Shown in pieces: positions 53,258-64,000 of a DNA stretch of 64,000 nucleotides. Each line of letters opens with the position of its first letter. Position 1 is the stretch's first letter. This DNA is from Anaeramoeba ignava BMAN. Its lineage: Eukaryota; Protista; Anaeramoebae. The stretch is taken from the NCBI GenBank assembly GCA_028826165.1, contig JAPDFW010000077.1, forward strand, positions 186,001 to 250,000, in the 5' to 3' direction. Below the pieces are notes generated by a model, which was not told the origin of the DNA, made no database searches, and saw only the letters and a program-made list of their open reading frames with translations. The translations under genes were made by a program, and so were the position numbers.

Positions 53258-53929
53258 TATTACCAAAAAATTCTGAAAGAAAAAAATAATTCGATGCAAA
53301 AGAATTTTTTTTCTTTTAAGTTTTTTGGCATTATTTGGGATCTTTTGGCATTTTTTGGTTTTTTCTTCTTTTTGATCAAATTGACAAGGATTATTTAATT
53401 GTCTATTCTTATCGAAATTTTATGATATTGTTAAATTAAGGATGCCAAATTATTTGAGGGAGATTCATTTTGACTCAATGATCTAGTAAATTTGATAAAA
53501 AAATCTAATAATTAATTCAAAAAAAAAGGATGGGATTTTGTAAAGGAAGAAAAAAACTTCAAAAAAAAAAAAGTAAAAAAGGAGAAAATTCACAAAATAG
53601 AAAATATAATTTGAATAACTAAATATTTTTCAAGATTGGAAAATGAAGAATAATGAAGAAAATATTTTGAAGAAATGTAATATTTGGGAATATCTTCATT
53701 AAATTTTCAAATAATTTTTGATTTCAATGCAAAATAAAAATTTGATGAAGTGTTTCTTTAATTTGAATTTTTTAAATATTTTCGAATATTTTTCCATTTT
53801 CCTTTTGAAAATTTTTATTGATTTTAGAAAGAAAAAAAATCAAACCAACTCAAATCAAAAAGAAAAGAAAAAAAGAAAGAATTGTTTTTTGAAGTAAAAA
53901 AAAGAAGAATCAAATCAAATCAAATCAAA

Positions 53930-54301
53930 TCAAAAAGCAAACAAAGCAAAGAAAATCACCAAAGAAAGTAAAACTGAAAATGTTGAACCTAAATTCCCAG
54001 AATCTAAAAGACTAATACATTCCCCAGGCTCAAAATAAACTTCCTTTTCACTTCCAGTACAATCAGTACTATAATATGAACGAAGATAACCTGTAGTATC
54101 AAAGGAAATGGAATAAACATCATGATGAAGTACTGGATAGCAAACGTCTGCACTAGCAATACCAGAATATGCTTGATTTGTGCAATATGACGTATAATAT
54201 TCTGTGTAATAAGCTTCATCACTTATTTCATAGGAATTCTTATCCCAAGCTGAAACTAAAGAAACAAAAATCAAAAGCAAAAAAATAAATGTGGTTTTCA
54301 T
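53930..54301 (-). CDS. Small secreted GPI-anchor-like protein, copy 4 (123 aa)
   Basis: MKTTFIFLLLIFVSLVSAWDKNS...4 Cys...GNLGSTFSVLLSLV. Confidence 0.85.
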   Translation of the reverse strand: MKTTFIFLLLIFVSLVSAWDKNSYEISDEAYYTEYYTSYCTNQAYSGIASADVCYPVLHHDVYSISFDTTGYLRSYYSTDCTGSEKEVYFEPGECISLLDSGNLGSTFSVLLSLVIFFALFAF

Positions 54302-54419
54302 AAAAATAAAAAATAGTTTAAAAAAGAATGAATTCAGAATAAGAATTTTTTATTCGGAACAAAAAAAACTTTCAAAAAAAAATTGTTTTCCTCTTTTTTT
54401 TCTCCTTTTTTTTCAAATA

Positions 54420-54832
54420 ATTTTTGATTTAATCTATATTTTAATATTAATTTATGAGCTTCAATTATTTCACCATTTTCGGTTTTAAATGAAATATCAC
54501 AAAATTCTTTTCTTTGAAATAGTTTTATCAAATCTTCTTCAAGATTGGAAAAAGGAGGAGGAGAATAATAAAGAAATGAATTGAAATATCCACAAGAAAT
54601 ATGATAATTAGAAATATTTTCATTAAATCTTAATTCAGGAAGTTCAATTTGAATTGGAATTAAATAAAATTTTTGATTTGAATTTATTAATTCACAATGA
54701 GAATTATATCCAAATCCGATCAATTTTCCCCTTAAAAGTTAAAACCAAATTATGAGAATCACCAACAGAAAAATCAAGAATATTATCATATTCAAATAAA
54801 GATGATTTGATTTCAGTAAATTCTTTTGTAAT
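54420..54832 (-). pseudogene. RCC1-BTB internal fragment
   Basis: Near-identical to ~57640-58045 (EFTEIKSSLFEY...GFGYNSHCEL...AHKLILKYRLNQ) and truncated at both ends. Confidence 0.88.
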
Positions 54833-55242
54833 TTATTTATTTAAAATTGATAAAAAAAATTTTTTTTGAAACAAAAAACAAAAATTAAAAATTGAAAATT
54901 CTTCAGATTTAAAAAGCTATAATATTTTCAACAAATTGAAATTCAGCGCCGTTTTAAATTCATCATAAGAAATTTCAAATTTTCAATTAATTCAAAAAAC
55001 TTTTATTTTAATATTTTTTTTAAATGAAAAAAATGAAAAAAATTTTTTTTACTTTTTAAACCAAAAAAAAAAGGAGAATAGAATTAAAAGGAGAAAAAAT
55101 TTTTTCTTTTTAGATTTTAATTTAATTTTAATTTGAATTTTAATTTTAATTTTAATTTTAATTTTAATTTTAATTTTAATTTTAATTTTAATTTTAATTT
55201 TAATTTTAATTTTAATTTTGATTTTAATTTTTAATTTTAATT

Positions 55243-57000
55243 TTAATTTTGATTATTAAATTTGTTAATTAATAAATCAAATAAATTTGGATTTGTTTGA
55301 TTTAATTGAAAATAATCAATTCCTCTTTCTAATTCATCAATTATTTCTTGTGTAATTTTAATTTCATTTTTGATTTGATTTGAATAAATCCAATATTCAA
55401 ATATTTGAAATGATTTATTACTTAATTCACTATAATCTCTAACTTTATTAGAAGTATCATTTGTTACAGATAAAAACATTCCTCGATATAATTCACTTCT
55501 CATTATTAATATTAATTTTGGAAATTTATATTGTTTTTCTTTTCTTTCAATAATAAAATCTTTTTCATTTTCATTTTCATTTAAATAAATTCTTTTCATT
55601 GTTTCTTCAATTTTTTCATTGGAATTTATAATTTCTTTAATTTCAGAATATAATTTTGGATTTATTTTGGAATTATTTGAATAAATCATTTCAAATATTT
55701 GATTTGATTCTTTAATTGATTTTTGAAATAATTTCTTGAATTTTTTCAATTTGATTTTCATTTTGATTTAATCTATATTTTAATATTAATTTATGAGCTT
55801 TGATTATTTCTCCATTTTTGGTTTTAAATGAAATATCACAAAATTCTTTTCTTCTAAATAGTTTTATCAAATCTTCTTCAAGATTGGAAAAAGAAAGAGG
55901 AGAATAATAAAAAAATGATCTTCTTAGTCCACAAGAAATATGATAATTAGAAATATTTTCATTAAATCTTAATTTAGGAAGTTCAATTTGAAATGGAATT
56001 AATTGATATTCTTTATTTCCAGTTCCTAATTGACCATAATAATTATTTCCAAATCCTATTAATTTTCCATTTGAAGTTAAAATCAAAGTATGATAATCAC
56101 CAACAGAAAAATCAAGAATATTATCATCATTTTCAAATAAAGATGATTTGATTTCAGTAAATTTATAAGTATTTTTGCCAAATCCATTAGATTGCCAATA
56201 TCCACATGAATAAAGCTTTCTTTTTGGATTTTGATTTTCATTTTCATCTTCAATCAACATTATTGAATCACCATTTCCAGATTGAATATCAATTATTTTA
56301 CCTTTTGGAATATTTTGGATTTTGGTTAATTTTTGGATTATTGTTTCTTTTTTTGATTCTCCTAATCCAAGTTGACCATAATCATTATCACCACATCCAA
56401 ATAATTCTTGATTTGAATTTAAAAGGAAAACATGAAAAGACATATTTCCTGAAAATATTTTAGAAACATTTTTCATCATTAAAATTGGTTTTTTGTTTTT
56501 GGAAGTGTTTCAGAATCAAAACCAAGTTGACCAAATTGATTTGAACCAATTCCATAAGCATTATGATTTGAAGTTAATAAGTAAATTGAAACAGCTCCAG
56601 AAACAATATCTTGAATTATTCTATCATTTTTATCTTCAATTAATGATGAAATATTGATAAATTTATTTGGATTTTTTGAATTAATATCTTCTCCTTTGGA
56701 AAATAGATTTCCTTCTTTTGTTAAAATAGCTTCATTACGATAACCAACAGATACTTTTTGAATATTTTCTTCAATTTGGATTTTTTTAGGTTTTGATTTT
56801 GAATCATTTTCACTTAAATATTCTATTGCTTTTCCATTTTTAAAAAGGAAAATTGTTCCCAAGTTTCCTGATGAAATTTGTTTAATTTGTTTTTCATTTT
56901 CATTTTCATTTTTAAATTGAATTGGTTTTGTTATTTTATTTGGTTTATTTTTTATAAGTTTTGGGTATAGATTCGCACCAAAAAATATAATTTCATTCAT
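55243..57000 (-). CDS. RCC1-repeat + tandem BTB protein, copy B; two single-base frameshifts near 56495 and 55722 (assembly error or pseudogene)
   Basis: Three ORFs collinear with copy A. Both breaks are one base short within A-runs. Confidence 0.75.
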
Positions 57001-57112
57001 TTTTGAAAAGAAAAAAATGAAAAAATATGAATTTTAATTTTTAATTTTAATTTTAATTTTAATTTTAATTTTAATTTTAATTTTAATTTTAATTTTAATT
57101 TTAATTTTAATT

Positions 57113-58873
57113 TTAATTTTGATTATTAAATTTGTTAATTAATAAATCAAATAAATTTGGATTTGTTTGATTTAATTGAAAATAATCAATTCCAGTTTCT
57201 AATTCATTAATTATTTCTTGTGTGATTTCAATTTCATCTTTGATTTGATTTGAATAAATCCAATATTCAAATATTTGAAATGATTTATTACTTAATTCAC
57301 TATAATCTGTAACTTTATTTGATGTATCATTTGTTACAGATAAAAACATTCCTCGATATAATTCACTTCTCATTATTAATATTAATTTAGGAAATTTATA
57401 TTGTTTTTCTTTTCTTTCAATAATAAAATCTTTTTCATTTTCATTTTCATTTAAATAAATTCTTTTCATTGTTTCTTCAATTTTTTCATTTGAATTTATA
57501 ATTTCTTTAATTTCAGAATATAATTTTGGATTTATTTTGGTATTGTTTGAATAAATCATTTCAAATATTTGATTTGATTCTTTAATTGATTTATTTGAAA
57601 TAATTTCTTTAAGTTTTTCAATTTCATTTTGATTTTGATTTAATCTATATTTTAATATTAATTTATGAGCTTCAATTATTTCTCCATTTTCTGTTTTAAA
57701 TGAAATATCACAAAATTCTTTTCTTTCAAATAGTTTTATCAAATCTTCTTCAAGATTGGAAAAAGGAGAAGAAGAATAATAAAGAAATGAATTGAAATAT
57801 CCACAAGAAATATGATAATTAGAAATATTTTCATTAAATCTTAATTCAGGAAGTTCAATTTGATTTGGAATTAAATAAAATTTTTGATTTGAATTTATTA
57901 ATTCACAATGAGAATTATATCCAAATCCGATCAATTTTCCCCTGAAAGTTAAAACCAAATTATGAGAATCACCAACAGAAAAATCAAGAATATTATCATA
58001 TTCAAATAAAGATGATTTGATTTCAGTAAATTCTTTTGTAATTTCATTGTCTTTGCCAAGTCCATTATATTGAAAATAACCACATGAATAAAGTTTTCTT
58101 TTTCGGTTTTGATTTTCATTTTCATTTTCAATCAACATTATTGAATGATAGTATCCAGATTGAATATCAATTATTTTGCCTTTTGGGATATTTTGGATTT
58201 TGGTTAATTTATTGAGTTCTGGTTCTTTTATTGATTCTCCTAATCCAAGTTGACCATATTTATTCCAACCGCATCCAAATAATTCTTGATTTGAATTTAA
58301 AAGAAAAACGCAATTTGAACCGTTTCCTGAAAATATTTTAGAAACATTTTTCATCATTAAATTTGGATCTTGGGTTTTGTGATATGTTTTAGGATCTAAA
58401 CCAAGTTGACCAAATTGATTTAAACCAATTCCATAAGCATTTTGATTTGAAGTTAATAAGTAAATTGAATCTCTTCCAGAAACAATATCTTGAATTATTC
58501 TATCATTTTTATCTTCAATTAAATCAGAGAAATTAATAAATATATTTGGATTTCGCGGATAAATATATTTTCCTTTGGCAAATGCATTTCCTTTTAATGT
58601 TAAAATAGCTTCTACTTTTTCACCAACAGTTACTTTTTGAATATTTTCAATTTGAATTTTTTTATGTAAATCATCTACACATTCTAATGCTTTTCCATTT
58701 TCAAAAAGGAAAATTGTTGCAATTTTTCCTGTTGAAATTTGTTTAATTTTTTTTTCATTGAATTTTTCATTTTCATTTTTAAATTTAAATTGAATTGGTT
58801 TTGTTATTTTATTTGGTTCATTTTTGAAAAGATTTGGATTATAATTTTGACCAAAAAATAAAATTTTATTCAT
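57113..58873 (-). CDS. RCC1-repeat + tandem BTB protein, copy A (586 aa)
   Basis: G.NQFGQLG, GCG.N.YGQLG and SVG..H RCC1 blades; FCDISF..IEAHKLIL and KDFII..FPKLILIMRSELY BTB domains. ATG at 58873 matches the start of copy B. Confidence 0.92.
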   Translation of the reverse strand: MNKILFFGQNYNPNLFKNEPNKITKPIQFKFKNENEKFNEKKIKQISTGKIATIFLFENGKALECVDDLHKKIQIENIQKVTVGEKVEAILTLKGNAFAKGKYIYPRNPNIFINFSDLIEDKNDRIIQDIVSGRDSIYLLTSNQNAYGIGLNQFGQLGLDPKTYHKTQDPNLMMKNVSKIFSGNGSNCVFLLNSNQELFGCGWNKYGQLGLGESIKEPELNKLTKIQNIPKGKIIDIQSGYYHSIMLIENENENQNRKRKLYSCGYFQYNGLGKDNEITKEFTEIKSSLFEYDNILDFSVGDSHNLVLTFRGKLIGFGYNSHCELINSNQKFYLIPNQIELPELRFNENISNYHISCGYFNSFLYYSSSPFSNLEEDLIKLFERKEFCDISFKTENGEIIEAHKLILKYRLNQNQNEIEKLKEIISNKSIKESNQIFEMIYSNNTKINPKLYSEIKEIINSNEKIEETMKRIYLNENENEKDFIIERKEKQYKFPKLILIMRSELYRGMFLSVTNDTSNKVTDYSELSNKSFQIFEYWIYSNQIKDEIEITQEIINELETGIDYFQLNQTNPNLFDLLINKFNNQN

Positions 58874-58930
58874 TTTTAAAAAGAAAAAAATGAATTTTTC
58901 ATTTTTCATTTTTTTCATTTTTTAAATAAA
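58874..58930. promoter_or_regulatory. 57-nt bidirectional promoter with TCATT motifs on both strands
   Basis: Lies between divergent ATGs at 58873 and 58931. Confidence 0.55.
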
Positions 58931-60379
58931 ATGGAAACTTATTCAAATTTAGAAAAACTTTCAAATGATTTAAAAAATTTATTTCAAAATCAAAATCAAG
59001 AAGAAAATCATTTTGATTTTGAAATAATTTGTGAACAAAATCAAACTTCATTTAAAACTCATAAATCAATTCTTTCTTCAAGAAGTCATTATTTTAAATC
59101 TCTTTTCAATTCCAAAATGAAAGAATATCAAGAAAATAAATTAATTCTAAAAGATGTTTCAAGTTTAATTCTATCTTCAATTTTGAATTATTTTTATTCA
59201 GGAAAAATTGAAATTAATTTAGAAAATTCAATCGAAATTTTGTTTTTTTCATCAAAATATTTAATTGATGAATTAAATGAAATTTCTTTAAATTTTATCA
59301 AAAATCATTTACAAATTGAAATTATTGTTGATATTCTTAAATTATCTGAATCAATGAACTTTAATCAATTAATAGATTCTTCTTATCAATTTATTTTAGA
59401 AAATTTTAAAGAATTTATTAAAACTCCTTTTTTTCTTGAACTTGAAGAAAATCATTTAAATTCCATTTTATCAAGTATTAAAAATCAAGTAAAAGAATTT
59501 GAAATTTTTCAAGCAATAATAAAATGGGGAAAACATAAATCAAATATTAATCAGGAAAAAGAATTAGAAAAAGAAGAAACAGAAAAATTACAAAATCAAA
59601 TTTCAAATGTTATTGATAAAATCAGATTTATTGATTTTTCCAAAGAAGAACTTGAAGACACTTTGCAACAAGATTTAATTCCAAATCAAATTTCACAAAA
59701 ATTAATTCAATTCCAAATACTTCAAAATGATGAAAAACAATTGAAGGAATTTATTGCAAAAGAAAATTCATTAATTTTTAAACCAAGAATTAAATTCAAA
59801 TCCTCAATACTTTGGGATCCAAATCAAGTTAAAGAATTAGCAAAATTATTACCCATTGACAATCTATATGAGATGCGTTTGGGATTTTCAACATCGAATG
59901 ATGGATGGGATTGCAAGAAATGGCATGATATTTGTGATAACAAAGGAAAAACATTAATAATTGTTGAAAATGAATTTGGATGTATTTTTGGAGGATATAC
60001 AGAAGTTGGATGGACAACAGATCACTCCAAATGGAATGTTGATCCATCCTTTTCAGATTGTGGATGGATTCAAGATCCAAATGCTTTTCTATTTTCATTT
60101 TCAACTCAAAAAGATTTTTCAGTGGAAAAAATTCCTCTTCTTAAAACAAAGGAAAGATATGCTCTTTATTATAGTTATAATTTAGGTCCGTTTTTTCCTG
60201 GTGGATTTGATTTTAAAAAGGATATGTCTCTTGTAGATACATCATATTTTGGAACAGTTTATCAGAATACAACAGGAGATGAAAAAAGATCGACTAAATC
60301 TAAAAAATATTTATCTGGAAGTGATACTGGAAAAAGTCAAGTTCGGAAAATGGAAACTTTTTTTATTCCACATTTTTAA
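58931..60379 (+). CDS. BTB-BACK-TLDc protein
   Basis: FKTHKSILSSRSHYFKSLF (BTB), EFEIFQAIIKW..IRF (BACK), WHDICDNKGKTLII..IFGGYT..DPNAFLFS (TLDc). Confidence 0.93.
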   Translation: METYSNLEKLSNDLKNLFQNQNQEENHFDFEIICEQNQTSFKTHKSILSSRSHYFKSLFNSKMKEYQENKLILKDVSSLILSSILNYFYSGKIEINLENSIEILFFSSKYLIDELNEISLNFIKNHLQIEIIVDILKLSESMNFNQLIDSSYQFILENFKEFIKTPFFLELEENHLNSILSSIKNQVKEFEIFQAIIKWGKHKSNINQEKELEKEETEKLQNQISNVIDKIRFIDFSKEELEDTLQQDLIPNQISQKLIQFQILQNDEKQLKEFIAKENSLIFKPRIKFKSSILWDPNQVKELAKLLPIDNLYEMRLGFSTSNDGWDCKKWHDICDNKGKTLIIVENEFGCIFGGYTEVGWTTDHSKWNVDPSFSDCGWIQDPNAFLFSFSTQKDFSVEKIPLLKTKERYALYYSYNLGPFFPGGFDFKKDMSLVDTSYFGTVYQNTTGDEKRSTKSKKYLSGSDTGKSQVRKMETFFIPHF

Positions 60380-62130
60380 ATTTAAAAAAATAATTTAAAA
60401 AAGATATTAAATTTATTCCTTATTTTTAAATTGAAAATGATATTAAATTTATTCCTTATTTTTAAATTAAAAAAGATATTAAATTTATTCCTTATTTTTA
60501 AATTGAAAAAGATATTAAATTTATTCCTTATTTTTAAATTGAAAATGATATTAAATTTATTCCACATTTTTAAATTAAAAAAGATATTAAATTTATTCCA
60601 CATTTTTAAATTGAAAAATAATTTAAAAAAGATATTAAATTTATTCCTTATTTTTAAAATTAAAAAAATAATTTAAAAAAGATATTAAATTTATTCCTCA
60701 TTTTTAAATTGAAAAATATATTAAATTTATTCCTTATTTTTAAATTAAAAAAGATATTAAATTTATTCCTTATTTTTAAATTAAAAAAGATATTAAATTT
60801 ATTCCACATTTTTAAATTGAAAAATAATTTAAAAAAGATATTAAATTTATTCCACATTTTTAAATTAAAAAATAATTTGAAAATGATATTAAATTTATTC
60901 CTTATTTTTAAATTGAAAAAGATATTAAATTTATTCCTCATTTTTAAATTAAAAAATAAATTGAAAAAGATATTAAATTTATTCCTCATTTTTAAATTAA
61001 AAATGATATTAAATTTATTCCACATTTTTAAATTGAAAAAGATATTAAATTTATTCCTTATTTTTAAATTGAAAAATGATATTAAATTTATTCCTTATTT
61101 TTAAATTAAAAATAGATATTAAATTTATTCCTTATTTTTAAATTGAAAAAGATATTAAATTTATTCCTTATTTTTAAATTGATAAAAGATATTAAATTTA
61201 TTCCTCATTTTTAAATTAAAAAAGATATTAAATTTATTCCACATTTTTAAATTGAAAAAGATATTAAATTTATTCCTTATTTTTAAATTGAAAATGATAT
61301 TAAATTTATTCCTCATTTTTAAATTAAAAAATATATTAAATTTATTCCTTATTTTTAAATTGAAAAATAATTTGAAAAAGATATTAAATTTATTCCTCAT
61401 TTTTAAATTGAAAAATAAATTAAAAAAGATATTAAATTTATTCCACATTTTTAAATTAAAAAAGATATTAAATTTATTCCTTATTTTTAAATTGAAAAAT
61501 AAATTAAAAAAGATATTAAATTTATTCCTTATTTTTAAATTGAAAAATATATTAAATTTATTCCTTATTTTTAAATTGAAAAATAATTTGAAAAAGATAT
61601 TAAATTTATTCCTCATTTTTAAATTGAAAAATAAATTGAAAATAGATATTAAATTTATTCCTTATTTTTAAATTAAAAAATATATTAAATTTATTCCTTA
61701 TTTTTAAATTGAAAAATAAATTGAAAATAGATATTAAATTTATTCCTTATTTTTAAATTGAAAAAGATATTAAATTTATTCCTCATTTTTAAATTAAAAA
61801 AGATATTAAATTTATTCCACATTTTTAAATTTAAAAAAATAATTTAAAAATGATATTAAATTTATTCCTTATTTTTAAATTGAAAAAGATATTAAATTTA
61901 TTCCTCATTTTTAAATTGAAAATGATATTAAATTTATTCCTCATTTTTAAATTGAAAAAGATATTAAATTTATTCCACATTTTTAAATTGAAAAAGATAT
62001 TAAATTTATTCCTTATTTTTAAATTGAAAAGATATTAAATTTATTCCTCATTTTTAAATTGAAAAAGATATTAAATTTATTCCTTATTTTTAAATTGAAA
62101 AATATATTAAATTTATTCCTCATTTTTAAA
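60363..62130. repeat. 36-nt minisatellite (GAAAAAGATATTAAATTTATTCC(TT/AC/TC)ATTTTTAAATT)n
   Basis: Regular array between the two convergent TLDc genes; spurious ORFs show a 12-aa period. Confidence 0.96.
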
Positions 62131-64000
62131 TTAAAAAAAATAAACTTCCATTTCAATAATTTTCCAATTCTTTTTTTCTCCAACTAAATAATTCAGCGCA
62201 TCATTTGACTCAATTTCAATTCCCAAAGGAAGCTCAAAAGAATATCCAAATCGTGAAATTCCTCCATTTAACCTTTTGTTAATAACCAAATCATAACATC
62301 TCCCAAAAATTGGACCATAATCAAGATCATATCCAAGAGCAAAAATTTCTTCACCTTTTCTTACACAAAATTTTTGAGGAGGATCATTTTTGAAATTTTT
62401 TAAAGAGAAAATAAAGGCATTTGGATCAGAGATGTAGTTAAATTGCAGGAAATTGTTTTCTTGGCCATCTGAATTTTGTAATCCCCATTTGGATTGATCT
62501 GTAGTAAATCCAACTGAGGTAAAAGCTCCAAAAATAAAATCATCTTGAGTTTGAATTAAAATTAATGTTTTCCCTTTGTCATCAATTTTCCCATGAAATT
62601 TATAAGAAGAAAATCCGTCTTTCTTTGCGGAAAATCTCAGTTTCATTTTCTGGAAAAAATAATCATCATGAATCCACTCTTTCAATTTGGAAAGATATTC
62701 TGCCTTTGATAGTATTTTTGAGTCTTGAATTGTATTTTTGGCTTTAATCTTCTCTTTCTCTTTAATTTCATCCTGTTTTTTTTTCATTTCTTGAACTTCC
62801 AGAAGAGATTTATCATTTTCCTCTTTCAAATTCTCGTATTCATTTTGTATTTGTGATTTTTGCTCGATCAATTTTTGGTTTTCGATCAAAATGCCATCTT
62901 TTTCTTGTTTTAATTTCTTCAATTGATTTGAGTTTTTTGTCACTATTTTTTGGATTTCCTTTTCTTTTTCTTCTTTGAGGGAACTTAATTGCCTTTTCAT
63001 ATCTTCTTGGATTTGGTTTTTTTGTTGGACTAAATTCTTGATTTGATCCTTTTTTTCTTGTTCAATTTGATCTTTAAGTTGATTGAGTTGAGAAATTTGG
63101 AGATTTGTTTTTGTTGTGAATTGTTCCCATTGAGATGTTTTTAGCAAGTTCTCCTTTTTCATTTGCATCTTTTCTTTTTCCAGGAGTGCTTTTTCTTTTC
63201 TCATTGTTTCCAAATTTTGGATTTGATTTTGGATTTGATTTTGTTTTTGGGAATTATCTTTTTGGATGACTTGAATTTGTTCTTTGAAAATTTCCAGTTT
63301 CATTTTGTTGATTTGTTCTGAAGGAAATAAGGGAAGTTCTGAAATTGATTTTATATCTTGTTTTGGGATTGATTCAAAAGGGATCAAGGGAGATATTTTG
63401 TGGAACTGAGATTGAATGAGTGATTTTCTCAATGCAGCACTTAAAATTGGAAAAGAATTTCGAGTTTTTTGTTCACACCAGAAATATAGTACTTTGAAGA
63501 AGGGAACCCCAATGTTTTGTGTTTGGATATGGATTTGGATAATTTCTTCCATTTCCTTTTCTGAGATTTCATAGATATTCTGTTTATTGATTAAAGATGG
63601 AAAATTATCTCCCAAAAAATGGATTATTTTTTTATGGATATTTTGGCTATGAATTTTGTGATTTTCTTTCAAAATTTGGAACACATTATTGAAATTGATT
63701 GAATTGATAAGATCTACTTCAAGAGCTTGGGATAACTTAAACAATCCAAATTTCACTGAAGCAATCCAAAAAGAAAGCAAATTTTCTTTTTTATAATTGA
63801 TTTTGCAAGTGTAAATATAAGTAAGAATATTATTTATTGTTTGTTCATCAAAATTATGGAAAGAAATGCTATTTGATTCATGAGATGTGAAAAATAATTT
63901 AAAAAAGGGAGATCTAGCTTGAAGAATGGATTTATGAACATTGAATTTTGATAAATTTTTTTGAATTAAAATTGTGAAATCTGAGAAATTATTATTTTCA
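62131..64000 (-). CDS. BTB-BACK - coiled coil - TLDc protein (5' end outside window)
   Basis: Frame is open to the window edge: FSDFTI..VHKSILQARSPFF (BTB); FSAKKDGFSSYKFHGKIDDKGKTLILI..FIFGAFT..GPIFG..EMEVY (TLDc). Confidence 0.92.
   Translation of the reverse strand, partial: ENNNFSDFTILIQKNLSKFNVHKSILQARSPFFKLFFTSHESNSISFHNFDEQTINNILTYIYTCKINYKKENLLSFWIASVKFGLFKLSQALEVDLINSINFNNVFQILKENHKIHSQNIHKKIIHFLGDNFPSLINKQNIYEISEKEMEEIIQIHIQTQNIGVPFFKVLYFWCEQKTRNSFPILSAALRKSLIQSQFHKISPLIPFESIPKQDIKSISELPLFPSEQINKMKLEIFKEQIQVIQKDNSQKQNQIQNQIQNLETMRKEKALLEKEKMQMKKENLLKTSQWEQFTTKTNLQISQLNQLKDQIEQEKKDQIKNLVQQKNQIQEDMKRQLSSLKEEKEKEIQKIVTKNSNQLKKLKQEKDGILIENQKLIEQKSQIQNEYENLKEENDKSLLEVQEMKKKQDEIKEKEKIKAKNTIQDSKILSKAEYLSKLKEWIHDDYFFQKMKLRFSAKKDGFSSYKFHGKIDDKGKTLILIQTQDDFIFGAFTSVGFTTDQSKWGLQNSDGQENNFLQFNYISDPNAFIFSLKNFKNDPPQKFCVRKGEEIFALGYDLDYGPIFGRCYDLVINKRLNGGISRFGYSFELPLGIEIESNDALNYLVGEKKNWKIIEMEVYFF

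Noticed and set aside
53300-53900. Possible decayed gene or transposon remnant
   Set aside because: More complex than its flanks, but with no sustained ORF, terminal repeats or recognisable motif.
55243-58873. Diversity-generating retroelement driving loop variation
   Set aside because: No reverse transcriptase or template repeat in the window, and adenine-specific mutagenesis cannot be shown from two copies.
60382-62038. Low-complexity ORFs in satellites (also at 30309, 32471-33967, 44539-45507, 51772, 11239)
   Set aside because: These are translations of stop-free tandem repeats with no domain content.

Overview
AT-rich, intron-containing eukaryotic DNA. The expanded BTB-BACK-TLDc and RCC1-BTB families, TCATTT motifs at gene starts and repeat-bloated introns suggest an Anaeramoeba-like metamonad protist; this is inference from gene style, not a database match. 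Positions 1-49.3 kb hold a compact housekeeping block: gnd, a multi-PH-like protein, a PITALRE CDK, prenylcysteine oxidase, Rab1, RFWD3-like, RPL15, FAM92/CIBAR-like, DCAF7, ARM-BTB, a short alpha-actinin, MePCE/Bin3, a giant ~3200-aa alpha-actinin with six 1008-nt tandem units, and an IQ-DH-PH-Kelch GEF. Several introns and spacers in this block are inflated to 0.8-2 kb by locus-specific 6-36 nt tandem repeats. Positions 49.4-64 kb are an accessory block. It has four small GPI-anchor-like proteins with constant ends and hypervariable cores, interleaved with fragments of an RCC1-BTB gene. It also has two RCC1-BTB paralogues whose differences cluster in propeller loops, and two BTB-BACK-TLDc genes. 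All gene models were spliced by hand at GT-AG junctions and frame-checked. No RNA genes, CRISPR arrays or autonomous mobile elements were recognised.
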